A stretch of DNA of 64,000 bases from Candidatus Latescibacterota bacterium (GTDB taxonomy: Bacteria; Latescibacterota; UBA2968; UBA8231), in assembly GCA_964291625.2 (NCBI GenBank), contig OZ220090.1:768001-832000 (forward strand), given 5' to 3'. Below are positions 49,450 to 59,181 of this stretch, one piece after another (the first letter of the stretch is position 1; each line of letters opens with the position of its first letter). A model generated the notes under the pieces. It had not been told where the DNA came from, ran no database searches, and saw nothing but the letters and a program-made list of their open reading frames with translations. A program made the translations under genes and the position numbers.

Positions 49450-50394
49450 ATGGCTTCCGAGCCCCTCGTCTATCTGAGAGGTCGATTGCAGCCCGCTTCC
49501 GAGGCTCACGTGGCGATCTACGACGCCGCCGTGGTCCTGGGGGCGACGGTGACCGACCTGGTCCGCACCTTCGACCATCAACCCTACCGGTTGGGCGATC
49601 ACCTCGACCGGTTCTTCCGCAGTTGCCGCTACGTCCGGATGGCGCCTCCCATCGACCGCACCGAGACCGAGTCGGTCTGCCGCGACCTGGTGGCGCACAA
49701 CTCCGACCTGCTGCCGCCTGGGGGGGAGCTGGCGCTGGTGCTCTTCCTCTCCCCCGGAGAGCTGGCGGTGTACGCGGGAGGCGCCGGAGGCGAGGAGTCT
49801 GCGCCCACCTTCTGCATCCACACCTTTCCCCTCCCCTTTCCCATGTGGCGCCACTACTTCACCGAGGGCGCCCATGTCGTCACCCCGTCGATCCGCCAGG
49901 TCCCGGTCCAGTGCGTGGACCCCAAGATCAAGTGCCGGAGCCGAATGCACTGGTGGCTGGCGGACCAGGAGAGCCGGCAGGTCGATCCCCGGGCCGTCTC
50001 CCTCTGTCTCGACCTGGCCGGCAACGTCACCGAAACGGCGGGTTCGAACTTCCTGATCTGCCGCGGAGAGACCGTCCTCAGCCCGAGCCCCTCACACATC
50101 CTGCGTGGGATCAGCATGACGACGGTGGCGGAACTCTGCCCCGGCCTCGGACTCGCCTTCGAGGAGCGCGACTTCCAGGTCTACGACGTGATCAACGCCG
50201 ACGAGGCCTTCCTGGCCACCACGCCGTACTGCCTGGCACCGGTGACGCGCATCAACAACACCCCCATCGGCGAGGGGCGGCCGGGGCCCGTATTCCGCAA
50301 GCTGATCGATGCCTGGAGCACATCGGTGGGAGTGGACATCCCGGGGCAGATCCTGGGACCGGGGGCGCCGGAGGGGCAGAGCGGCAGGCGTTGA
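49450..50394 (+). CDS. Class IV aminotransferase (IlvE/PabC family)
   Basis: HLDRF, PLP lysine in KIKCRSR, ETAGSN, LRGIS, ADEAFL. Confidence 0.9.
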   Translation: MASEPLVYLRGRLQPASEAHVAIYDAAVVLGATVTDLVRTFDHQPYRLGDHLDRFFRSCRYVRMAPPIDRTETESVCRDLVAHNSDLLPPGGELALVLFLSPGELAVYAGGAGGEESAPTFCIHTFPLPFPMWRHYFTEGAHVVTPSIRQVPVQCVDPKIKCRSRMHWWLADQESRQVDPRAVSLCLDLAGNVTETAGSNFLICRGETVLSPSPSHILRGISMTTVAELCPGLGLAFEERDFQVYDVINADEAFLATTPYCLAPVTRINNTPIGEGRPGPVFRKLIDAWSTSVGVDIPGQILGPGAPEGQSGRR

Positions 50395-50446
50395 AGATCT
50401 CGACCGGGATCCGAGGGGGCCCACGGTACCCCCTGATCCCGTGGGA

Positions 50447-50683
50447 TCAGTTGCCCAGTTGGCGGACGGCTGCTCCCATGACCTCGGCGCGGGCGGCGAA
50501 GGCCAGCAGCTCCTCGCGCAGCTCTTCGGGCAGGCTCTCGAAGGCGGCCTTCTGCGCACCGTCGGGCAAGGACTCCGGCGACGACACCCACTCCTGGCCC
50601 TGCCGGCGCCAGCCCACGCAAGGGATGGCGCCGGCACCGGTCAGGTAGAAGCGGTCGCCGTGGCGGTAGACGCGGGCAGCCAC
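50447..50683 (-). CDS. Small hypothetical protein
   Basis: Coding-like ORF starting 4 nt after the upstream stop. Confidence 0.6.
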   Translation of the reverse strand: MAARVYRHGDRFYLTGAGAIPCVGWRRQGQEWVSSPESLPDGAQKAAFESLPEELREELLAFAARAEVMGAAVRQLGN

Positions 50684-50687
50684 CCCA

Positions 50688-51281
50688 CTACCGGTGCGGG
50701 CCCCGGGCCCGGATGATGCGCAGGGCGAGGTCGGGATCGATCTGCACGATCATCTCCGGCTCGATGCGCACGTGCCCGGGAAGATCGAAGCCGGCCACGG
50801 CCGAGCGGGCGTGCCAGCCCGACAGAGAGGCATCCTCGCCGTCGACGGCGGAATCGGAGATGGGGCCGCCGAAGACATCGTGAAAGATCTTGCTGTACCC
50901 ATCGACGACCTGGGGAGACTTGGAGAACGCCCCGCCGCCGGCGGAATTGACCATGCCGATGCACTTGACGCAATACCAGACGTCGTTGAGGCTGCCCTCC
51001 GGATCGAGGGCCCAGTGCAGGGTGCGGATGTGATTCTCACCGGCCTCCCGTCCGGCGGCGAAGCCCTCCTGCACGTCCCCGTCGTCATTTGTCACCGCGC
51101 CGCGGCCCCCCGCCGTGCCCGAGGTAAAGACCAGCCCCGAAGGGGTGATGGTAGCCATGCAGATGCGCCTCCCCTTCGGCGGCGGAAGCACCTCGTCCCG
51201 GCTCTGAAGGTCGATGCCGAGCCGCTCGATCCGTTCGTACACGTCGAAGTCCCGCCGCCATGCCTGCGGAAGGTCGCTCAT
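50688..51281 (-). CDS. Divergent RidA/YjgF-family protein
   Basis: LVFTSG, VKCIGMVNS, VVDGYS..F.DVFG, HARSAVAG..LP..RIEPE; AGGAGGAG RBS. Confidence 0.65.
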   Translation of the reverse strand: MSDLPQAWRRDFDVYERIERLGIDLQSRDEVLPPPKGRRICMATITPSGLVFTSGTAGGRGAVTNDDGDVQEGFAAGREAGENHIRTLHWALDPEGSLNDVWYCVKCIGMVNSAGGGAFSKSPQVVDGYSKIFHDVFGGPISDSAVDGEDASLSGWHARSAVAGFDLPGHVRIEPEMIVQIDPDLALRIIRARGPHR

Positions 51282-51400
51282 CGTCCGTCTCCTCCTGGTT
51301 TGCCGTTCGGGGCGCACCAAGATAGCCCGGCCCGCCCGCGGATCAAGGACCCCGCTCCCGACCCGATGGGGACTCCCGCAGCCACCCGGGGACAGCGCAC

Positions 51401-53128
51401 ATGCCGGTAACCCTGGATCTGTCCACCCTCGGGCCCCTGGAAGAGGCCGTGGCCGCCGCCCGGGAGCGGCTTGGCCGGGAGCGCGTCGCGGCGCGGATTC
51501 GGGACCGCGACCACACACTGTGGGGGCCCCGCCCGGAGGGTATCGTCGATCGTCTGGGATGGCTCGACAGCCCCCTGGAGATGGCCGGCCGGGTTCGCCC
51601 CATCGACGACCTTCTCACCGGCGCCCTGGGGGATGGCCTGACCGATGCCCTCCTGCTGGGCATGGGCGGATCGAGCCTGGCAGCCGAGGTCTACGGCCGC
51701 CTCCTGCCCCTCGCCGGAGGACGGCTGCGGCTCTCCGTCCTCGACAGCACCGATCCGGCCGCCATCGCCGACCTCATGGCCGCCATCGATCCCGCCCGGA
51801 CCCTCTACCTGCCCGCCACCAAGTCCGGCGGCACCGTGGAGACCCTCTCCCTTCTGAAGCACTGCTACAACCTGGCCATCGCAGCCGTGGGCCCGGGGCG
51901 CGCGGGCAAGCACTTCGCGGCCATCACCGACCCGGGGAGCGGCCTGCAGGAACTGGCGGAGTCCCTCGGTTTTCGTGAGCTCTTCCTCAACGATCGGGAA
52001 ATCGGCGGCCGCTACTCCTGTCTCTCCTTCTTCGGCCTCGTACCCGCCCGTCTCGCCGGCGCCGACCCCGGCCGTCTGCTCGCCGGCGCAAGAGCCGCGC
52101 GCGCGGAGATCGTCGACGACGGCGTCGGTCTTCGGCTCGGAGCCGTCCTCGGCGCGGGCGCGGCCTCGGGCCGGGACAAGCTGACCCTGATCCCCTCCCC
52201 TTCCCTGGAACCCCTGGGAGCGTGGATCGAGCAACTCATCGCCGAGAGCACGGGCAAGAACGGAACGGGCATCCTTCCCATCGATGGGGAGCCCGTCGGC
52301 GCGGCCGGGTCCTACGCCGGCGACCGGCTCTTCGTTTCTCTGAAGCTGAGGGGGGAAGAGGACGCTCCGGAAGTGGAGGCCCTGGCCGGGGCGGGATTCC
52401 CCGTGGTTCGGCTGGAGCTTGCCGAGGCGTATGACGTCGGTGCCGTGATGTACGTCTGGAAAGTGGCGACCATCGTCGCCGCCCACCGGATGGGAATCAA
52501 TCCCTTCGACCAGCCGAACGTGGAGTCGGCGAAGGCCCTGGCGCGGTCGATACTCGACGCCCGTCGGAGGGAGGGTGCCCTGCCCGCACCGCCGCCGGAT
52601 CTCGTGGAGGATGGCGTGGCCACCTTCGGCCGCGTCGAGGGCGGAGCTCTCTGGTCGGTGGTCCGCGACTTCCTTGCCCTGCGGGAGGAGGTCCATCCTC
52701 GCCCCTACGTGGCCTTCCACGCGTACCTGCCGCCGCGTCCGCAGGTGGCGCGCGCATTGGCGCGGCTTCGCCGAGGGATCCGGGAGCGCACGAGTCTGGC
52801 CACCACCATCGGCTTCGGACCCCGGTTCCTGCACTCGACGGGTCAGATCCACAAGGGCGACTCGGGACATGGCCGGTTCGTGCAGGTCACCTGCGACGAC
52901 CCGGTCGACCTGCCGATCCCGGATGCGCCCGGCGAGACTGCATCGACCACGACCTTCGGCATGCTGAAAGCCGCCCAGGCTTCGGGGGACCGGCAAGCCC
53001 TGATCGAGGGTGGACGGGCGGTGCTGCGACTGCATCTCGCGGGCGGCCTCACCGAAGGTCTGGAGACTATGGAGAAGGCCTTCGAGAAGGCCCTGGCATC
53101 TGTCCCCGACACCGGAAGCAGGAGGTAG
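51401..53128 (+). CDS. pgi: Glucose-6-phosphate isomerase (Tal-Pgi C-terminal type)
   Basis: LGMGGSSL, TKSGGT, IGGRYS, AESTGK, FDQPNVE, LHSTGQ.HKG. Confidence 0.88.
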   Translation: MPVTLDLSTLGPLEEAVAAARERLGRERVAARIRDRDHTLWGPRPEGIVDRLGWLDSPLEMAGRVRPIDDLLTGALGDGLTDALLLGMGGSSLAAEVYGRLLPLAGGRLRLSVLDSTDPAAIADLMAAIDPARTLYLPATKSGGTVETLSLLKHCYNLAIAAVGPGRAGKHFAAITDPGSGLQELAESLGFRELFLNDREIGGRYSCLSFFGLVPARLAGADPGRLLAGARAARAEIVDDGVGLRLGAVLGAGAASGRDKLTLIPSPSLEPLGAWIEQLIAESTGKNGTGILPIDGEPVGAAGSYAGDRLFVSLKLRGEEDAPEVEALAGAGFPVVRLELAEAYDVGAVMYVWKVATIVAAHRMGINPFDQPNVESAKALARSILDARRREGALPAPPPDLVEDGVATFGRVEGGALWSVVRDFLALREEVHPRPYVAFHAYLPPRPQVARALARLRRGIRERTSLATTIGFGPRFLHSTGQIHKGDSGHGRFVQVTCDDPVDLPIPDAPGETASTTTFGMLKAAQASGDRQALIEGGRAVLRLHLAGGLTEGLETMEKAFEKALASVPDTGSRR

Positions 53129-53132
53129 TGCT

Positions 53133-54053
53133 GTGCAACTGGGCATGATCGGACTCGGGCGCATGGGCGCCAACATGACCACGCGGCTCCTTCTGGACGG
53201 CCACGAACTCGTCGTCCATGACCGCGAAGAGCAGGCCGTGAGGGAGGCGGAAGGGCGAGGCGCAAGAGGCGTGTCGTCGCTGGAGGATCTGGCGGCGCAA
53301 CTCGATTCACCTCGCGCCGTGTGGGTGATGGTGCCCGCGGGCGAGGCCACGCAGGATACCGTGGCCCGCCTCGCCGCCGCCCTGGAGGCCGGCGATACGG
53401 TGATCGACGGAGGCAACAGCAACTACCGTGACACGATGCGCCGGGGGGAGGCCCTCGGAGAGAAGGGGCTGGACTACGTCGACGTCGGCACCAGCGGCGG
53501 CGTCTGGGGCCTCGACGCGGGATACAGCTTGATGATCGGGGGGCCGGAGTCGGCCGTGGACCGCCTGCGGCCGATCTTCGAGAGCCTGGCGCCGTCGTCA
53601 GAAAACGGATGGGGCCGGGTCGGTCCTTGCGGCGCCGGCCACTTCGCCAAGATGATCCACAACGGTATCGAGTACGGCATGATGCAGGCCCTGGCCGAGG
53701 GTTTCGCGATCATGAAGAACAAGACGGAACTCGGTCTCGACTTGCATCAAGTGGCGGAGATCTGGCGCCACGGTTCGGTAGTGCGTTCCTGGCTGCTCGA
53801 CTTGACGACGGCGGTCCTGGAGGAGGATCAGGGACTGTCCCGCATCGCGCCCTACGTTCCGGATTCCGGTGAGGGCCGATGGGCGGTAGCGGAAGCGGTG
53901 GACCTCGACGTCTCGGCCCCCGTCCTCACTCACTCTCTCATGGCGCGACTGCGCTCGAGGGACGAGGAATCGTATGCCGACCGGCTGCTGGCGGCGATGC
54001 GCAACCAGTTCGGAGGCCATGCCATGAAGGCTGCGGAAGAGCCCGCACCGTAG
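53133..54053 (+). CDS. gnd: 6-phosphogluconate dehydrogenase (short, decarboxylating)
   Basis: GLGRMG, IDGGNS, KMIHNGIEYG, DSGEGRW, MRNQFGGH. Confidence 0.95.
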   Translation: MQLGMIGLGRMGANMTTRLLLDGHELVVHDREEQAVREAEGRGARGVSSLEDLAAQLDSPRAVWVMVPAGEATQDTVARLAAALEAGDTVIDGGNSNYRDTMRRGEALGEKGLDYVDVGTSGGVWGLDAGYSLMIGGPESAVDRLRPIFESLAPSSENGWGRVGPCGAGHFAKMIHNGIEYGMMQALAEGFAIMKNKTELGLDLHQVAEIWRHGSVVRSWLLDLTTAVLEEDQGLSRIAPYVPDSGEGRWAVAEAVDLDVSAPVLTHSLMARLRSRDEESYADRLLAAMRNQFGGHAMKAAEEPAP

Positions 54054-54193
54054 TTCCAGGGGCGCAACGCAACACGCCGAAGGCCAGGCAGCAACGGTCC
54101 ACTTGAGGGAAAAGCGGATCTCTTCTTAACTTATGTGTCGATTTGGCGCGTTGATTCCACCAACATCACGCAGTCCCATCCGGAGGAGACTAC

Positions 54194-54637
54194 ATGCCGA
54201 ATGTTGCCCAAGTGCTCAAGGAGGAGATCAGCCGATTGGCGCGCAAGGAGATCCGCGCCTCCTGCGATCCCCTGCGCAAGCAGGTTCAGAGCTTGAGACG
54301 CACGGTACGCACCCAGCAGGAGACGATAGACAAACTCGAGAGAGCCTTGTCGAAGATGGTCGAGTTGACCGCCACCGAAACGGGCACCTCCCTCTATGCG
54401 CCCGCGCAAGAGAAGGAACAGAGTTCCCGGGCCCGGGTGACGCCGGCTTCGATCCGGAGACATCGGCTCCGCCTCGGGCTCTCGCAGGCTCAACTCGGTG
54501 GGTTGCTGAATGTCAGCACCAACACCATCGTCCGCTGGGAGCAGGGCAGCTCGAAACCGCGGGTTCAGCACCGCACCGCCCTGTTGCGGCTTCGCGGCCT
54601 GGGCGTTCGCGACGTAAGGCAGATCCTCGAGGAGTAA
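54194..54637 (+). CDS. XRE-family HTH protein with N-terminal coiled coil
   Basis: LGLSQAQLGGLLNVSTNTIVRWEQG HTH; GGAGGAG RBS. Confidence 0.85.
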   Translation: MPNVAQVLKEEISRLARKEIRASCDPLRKQVQSLRRTVRTQQETIDKLERALSKMVELTATETGTSLYAPAQEKEQSSRARVTPASIRRHRLRLGLSQAQLGGLLNVSTNTIVRWEQGSSKPRVQHRTALLRLRGLGVRDVRQILEE

Positions 54638-54654
54638 CGAGCCCCCCGCGACGA

Positions 54655-54686
54655 AGGCCCGCGCCCTCCACCACGGGCGCGGGCCT
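54655..54686. terminator. Hairpin between convergent genes
   Basis: AGGCCCGCGCCC-N8-GGGCGCGGGCCT. Confidence 0.6.
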
Positions 54687-54710
54687 CTCCTCCACCCTCC
54701 CGAAGGGCCT

Positions 54711-55739
54711 TCAGCCGCCGGCCTTCTCGTAGAGATCGCGCCCCTCCACGAGGGCCTCGATCTTGCGATCGGCGACGAGACGCTTCAGCATCCAGAAACC
54801 GCAGTCGGGGTTGATGCAGGCGATGCGCTCCGGTCCGACTACCGCCACCGTCTCGTCGATCTGGCGGGCGATCTCCTCGGCACTCTCGACGACGTTCGAC
54901 TTGATGTCGATGACGCCGAGCCCCAGACGCACAGAGCCGGAGACCCTCTTCAAAGCGGGCAGCTCCCAGTTGCTGCGGTGAGCCAGTTCCAGCAGAACGT
55001 GGTCGGCGTGCAGCCCGCCCAGGTAGTCGATCAGGTTCTTCCAACTCCCCTGCTGGATGGTCTGTCCGCCGTAGTTGCCGAAACAGAGATGCACCGCCGG
55101 CGTGGTCCGTACCCGGTCGAGGATGCGGTTCATCCCTTCCAGGGCCCACTCCCACTCCTCGGAATGGCCGGGAAGATTGGCCTCGTCCACCTGTACCACA
55201 TCGGCCTCGATGTGGGCGACCTGCTCGGCGAGCACGTCGGCCATGGCCAGGCACAACTCCTGCCGGCTCGCGTAGTGGCGGTCGAGCAGGGTCTTGCACA
55301 GCATGTGCGGTCCCGTGAGGGTGAACTTGAGCTTGTGCGACGTCAGGCTTCGGGCGAGGGAGAAGTCGCCCGGCAGATCGAGTGAACCCGCCCCGATGGC
55401 TCCTTCCACGACCGCGCTCGGACGCCCGCGATAGGCCATCTCCGTCTCGCGGCGGAAGGCCTCCACGTCTTCCCATCCCACATGGCCGCGCACGTTTGCG
55501 AGAGGACGGACGAAGTACTCGATCATCCCGTTCGTCTCGGGATGGTTGACGTCGAATCGTCCCAGCTCGCCATCGGCGAGAATGTCGATGCCGGCGTTCT
55601 CCTGGGTCTTAAGTACAACCGCCATGGCGTCGGCCAGGTTCTGCTCCGAGGGCAGCGCCGCCAGCCAGTCCGGGATCGGATAGCTGCCCACCACCGTCGT
55701 CAGGATTCCCAATCCGTGCTCTCCTCTCGGTTCATCCAC
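54711..55739 (-). CDS. Cobalamin-independent methionine synthase II family (single catalytic domain)
   Basis: TTVVGSYP, DGE, HLCFGN, NPDCG Zn ligands. Confidence 0.88.
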   Translation of the reverse strand: MDEPRGEHGLGILTTVVGSYPIPDWLAALPSEQNLADAMAVVLKTQENAGIDILADGELGRFDVNHPETNGMIEYFVRPLANVRGHVGWEDVEAFRRETEMAYRGRPSAVVEGAIGAGSLDLPGDFSLARSLTSHKLKFTLTGPHMLCKTLLDRHYASRQELCLAMADVLAEQVAHIEADVVQVDEANLPGHSEEWEWALEGMNRILDRVRTTPAVHLCFGNYGGQTIQQGSWKNLIDYLGGLHADHVLLELAHRSNWELPALKRVSGSVRLGLGVIDIKSNVVESAEEIARQIDETVAVVGPERIACINPDCGFWMLKRLVADRKIEALVEGRDLYEKAGG

Positions 55740-57870
55740 CCCGGGCGCGCTCGAGCCCTTCGAGAACGATTCCCTTGGTGATCACCTCGGGCAGCACGAT
55801 CGGTTCGCGTGGGCGCCCCGCTGGAAAGATCACGTAGAGGGGCACTCCCGAGCGTCCGAAGGCGCGCAGCATGCGGGTGATCTCGGGGTTCCGGTTTGTC
55901 CAGTCCGCCTTCACCAGGACCACCCCCAGCTCCTCGAAGCGGTCCCTCACATCCGGGTCCGACAGCACGACCCGCTCGTTGACCTTGCACGTCCAGCACC
56001 ACTCGGCGGTGAAGTCGATGAAGAGATGGCGGTCCTGCGCCAGCAGCGACTCGAGGCGCTGCACGTCGAACTCCTCCCATCCCTCGGTCTCCAGGGGAGC
56101 GCCGGCCGGGCTCGCGAGAAGGGGGTGGAGGAAGAGGCCGTATCCGCCCAGGGCGACCAGGAAGGAGGCGGCCCAAGCGGCCCTCCGGCGGATCGTCGAG
56201 GTCCGCAGATCGATCCAGGTGCCAAGGATCCAGGCACCCAGGGCCAGGCAGAGCAGGAAGGCGCAGGTCCAGACCACGGCCTCCATCCCCAGCTGCTTGC
56301 CAACCACCCAGAGCAGCCAGAGCACGGTGGCCATGAGCAGGAACCCCATGGCCTGCTTGAAGCGCTCCATCCAGGCGCCGGGGCGAGGCAGGAACCGGAT
56401 CCACCGCGGCTGCCAGGCGAGGACCAGGTAGGGCAGGGAGAGTCCGGCGCCGATGGCGGCGAAGACGGCGAAGACCACCGGAGCCGGCTGGCTGAAGGCG
56501 AAGCCCAGAGCGGTCCCCAGGAAAGGCGCGGTGCAGGGCGTGGCCAGGACCGTGGCGAGGACGCCGTTGAAGAAGCTGTGACCCAGGCCCTCGCCCTGGG
56601 GGCCTCCCCCGAGGGCGCCGACGCTGCCCGGCAGGCGGATGGTGACGAGGCCGAAGAGGCTCAGGGCCAGGACGAAGACCAACCCCGTGAGGAAGAGCAC
56701 GAACCCGGGCGACTGGAACTGGAATCCCCAGCCGATCTGCTCTCCCGCCGCCTTCAGGGCGGTCACCAGGGCCGCCAGAACCATGAAGGTCAGCACCACC
56801 CCGGCGGAGAAGGCCAGGCCGAGCTGACGCACCCGGCGGGGCTCCTCTCCTCCCTGGGAGACGAGGGACAGGGCCTTGAGGGAGATGACCGGCAGCACGC
56901 ACGGCATCAGGTTCAGGATCAGCCCCCCGATGACCGCCATCAGCAGGTACCACCACAGGGACGAGGCGCCGCCCGGCGCCGCCTCGAACTCCGCGGCGAG
57001 GAGGTCGATACCGCTCTCGCGCAGGTCGAAACGGATGGTGCGGAACCGGCGCTCCCCCCCCGCCCCGGGAAAGGCGATGACGCCGGCCAGCTCGCCGGGC
57101 AGCGGCTCTCCCGGGTAGGGCTCGATGCGCAGCTCCGAGCGGGTCCGCTTCGGACCCTGCTCCACGAGGGCGCCGACATCGAGGCTGGCTCTGTCGCCAT
57201 CGGGGAGAGGAAAGAACCCGGGCGGCTCCCCCCCTCCCTCGTGAGCGGCGGTCACCTCCACCGCCACCCGCAGGGCGCCGCCGTCGGCTTTGACCAGCGG
57301 CCGCCAGCTGACGGGGTCCGCCTCGGACAGGGGCGCCGGCACCCGGGCCCGGTAGCGGTCGAAGAGCTCGGCGTGATCCGGCGCCGCCTCCCCGGCCTCG
57401 AGGTCCAGCGACAGGATCGCCCCCCCGGGGATGCAGATCTCCCGGCAGACCAGCCAGCTCACCTCGGCCGTGAACCGCATGGTGTCGGGCAGAACCGCCG
57501 GCGGGCGCACGGGGGCCAGCAGCAGCACCTCATCGGCGTACCCGAAGACGGTCAGGTCGTCCTCCTGGTAGCGGTGCGGTCCCGGCCACTGCAGGGGAGC
57601 GACATCGAAACCCTGCGGGGTCTGCCAGACGACCTCGGTGGCCTGTCCCGCGTCCCCGGGCCAGGCCCAGTAGGTGTGCCATCCGGGGTCTTGCTCGAGG
57701 TGCACTCCGAGGTTGAAGCCACGTCCCGCCTCGACATTGGTCACGTCGGCGAGCAGCCGGGCGCGGACGGGATCGGGGAACTGAGCCTCGGCTTCGGAGG
57801 GCGCAAACGCCGGCAAGAGCACGAGACCCAGGGCGATGGTCATCGTGCAGCCCGAAGGCTGCGCTCTCAT
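55732..57870 (-). CDS. dsbD: Thiol:disulfide interchange protein DsbD family
   Basis: WHTYW, CREIC, LNLMPCVLP, ATPCTAP, FTAEWCWTC. Confidence 0.9.
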   Translation of the reverse strand: MRAQPSGCTMTIALGLVLLPAFAPSEAEAQFPDPVRARLLADVTNVEAGRGFNLGVHLEQDPGWHTYWAWPGDAGQATEVVWQTPQGFDVAPLQWPGPHRYQEDDLTVFGYADEVLLLAPVRPPAVLPDTMRFTAEVSWLVCREICIPGGAILSLDLEAGEAAPDHAELFDRYRARVPAPLSEADPVSWRPLVKADGGALRVAVEVTAAHEGGGEPPGFFPLPDGDRASLDVGALVEQGPKRTRSELRIEPYPGEPLPGELAGVIAFPGAGGERRFRTIRFDLRESGIDLLAAEFEAAPGGASSLWWYLLMAVIGGLILNLMPCVLPVISLKALSLVSQGGEEPRRVRQLGLAFSAGVVLTFMVLAALVTALKAAGEQIGWGFQFQSPGFVLFLTGLVFVLALSLFGLVTIRLPGSVGALGGGPQGEGLGHSFFNGVLATVLATPCTAPFLGTALGFAFSQPAPVVFAVFAAIGAGLSLPYLVLAWQPRWIRFLPRPGAWMERFKQAMGFLLMATVLWLLWVVGKQLGMEAVVWTCAFLLCLALGAWILGTWIDLRTSTIRRRAAWAASFLVALGGYGLFLHPLLASPAGAPLETEGWEEFDVQRLESLLAQDRHLFIDFTAEWCWTCKVNERVVLSDPDVRDRFEELGVVLVKADWTNRNPEITRMLRAFGRSGVPLYVIFPAGRPREPIVLPEVITKGIVLEGLERARGG

Positions 57871-59177
57871 GCCGGATCCTCCTCGAGGTCGATCCTGGCC
57901 CCGAGCCCGATGAGATCCGGGAAGAACCCGGGATAGGACTTGCCCACGGTCTGGGCGTCGCGCACGGCCACGCCCTCGAGGCTGCGGAGTCCCATTATGG
58001 CGAGCATCTGCGCCACCCTGTGGTCGTGGTAGGTGCCGGCCTCGTGACCGCCCTCGTATCCCTCCGGGCGGCCTCGCACGACGATCGCCGCCCGCTCCTC
58101 GTCGCAGTCGACGCCGAAGCGCCGCAGCTCGCGCACGGGGACGGCGATCCGGTCGCACTCCTTGAGCCGCAGGTTGCCGATGCCGTGGAACCGGCTCGTG
58201 CCCCGGGCGTGGGCGGCGACCGGCAGCATGGCCAGCACGGCATCGGTGGCCTGGTCACCGTCGAAGTCGGCCCCGCGAAGCCCGTCGTGGCCCTTCAGGC
58301 GGACCCGCTCGCCGTCGTGGGAGATGGCGGCCCCGGTCCGCGTCAGCCAGTCGAGAACGGCGCGCTCCCCCTGCCGGTCCTCGAAGAGGCGCTCCACGGC
58401 GATGGAGCCGTTGGTGAGGGCGCCCGCCGCCAGGATCGCCGCCGCCGACGGGTAGTCCCCGTTTACGGAGTACTCGCGCGGCTGGTAGCTCTGTCCGCCG
58501 GGGATCCGGAAGCTCAGGAGGTCCTCCGCGGTCTCCACCTCGATCCCGGCGCTTCCGAGGACCTCGAGGGTGGTGAGCACCAGCGGCCTGGAGACCAGCC
58601 CGTCGGTGACCTCGATGGCCAGGTCCTCGCCCACCAGGGGCGCCAGGAACAGCAGCGAGCTCAGGAACTGGGAACTGCGGGCGCCGCTGACGCGCACGGT
58701 GCCGCCGCGCAGGGCGCCTCCCCGAATCGTCGCCGGCAGGCGCCCCCCGGCCGACTCCACGCGGGCGCCGAGCTGGTCGAGAGCGGCGAACAACTCGTCG
58801 TGGGGCCGCCTCCCCAGGGAGTCGGCGAAGGAGGTCTCGAAACGAACCTCCGGGAGCATCGCCCCCACGCCCATGAGGAGGCGCGAGACGGCGCCGGCGT
58901 TGCCCACGTCCAGGACCCCCGGACTTGCGGGGCGCGTTCCGAAGCCGCGCACGCGCAGGTGACGGCCGTCGTCGTCCACCTCCTCCCGGATCCCGGCGCC
59001 GAGGAGACGCAGGCAGCGCACGAGGGCGTCGGCGTCCTCCGAGCGGGCGGGGTGATGGATCAGGCTCTCTCCCTCGGCCAGGGCCGCCGCCAGCAGGTAG
59101 CGGGCGGTGTAGTTCTTCGACGACGGAGGGCTGAGTGTCCCGCTCAGGGACTCCGTGTAGTGGACTCTCGCTCTCAA
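57867..59177 (-). CDS. aroA: 3-phosphoshikimate 1-carboxyvinyltransferase (EPSP synthase)
   Basis: SSKNYTAR, GNAG, SSQFLS, LRLKECDRI, DHR, KSYP. Confidence 0.93.
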   Translation of the reverse strand: MRARVHYTESLSGTLSPPSSKNYTARYLLAAALAEGESLIHHPARSEDADALVRCLRLLGAGIREEVDDDGRHLRVRGFGTRPASPGVLDVGNAGAVSRLLMGVGAMLPEVRFETSFADSLGRRPHDELFAALDQLGARVESAGGRLPATIRGGALRGGTVRVSGARSSQFLSSLLFLAPLVGEDLAIEVTDGLVSRPLVLTTLEVLGSAGIEVETAEDLLSFRIPGGQSYQPREYSVNGDYPSAAAILAAGALTNGSIAVERLFEDRQGERAVLDWLTRTGAAISHDGERVRLKGHDGLRGADFDGDQATDAVLAMLPVAAHARGTSRFHGIGNLRLKECDRIAVPVRELRRFGVDCDEERAAIVVRGRPEGYEGGHEAGTYHDHRVAQMLAIMGLRSLEGVAVRDAQTVGKSYPGFFPDLIGLGARIDLEEDPA

Positions 59178-59181
59178 GGGA

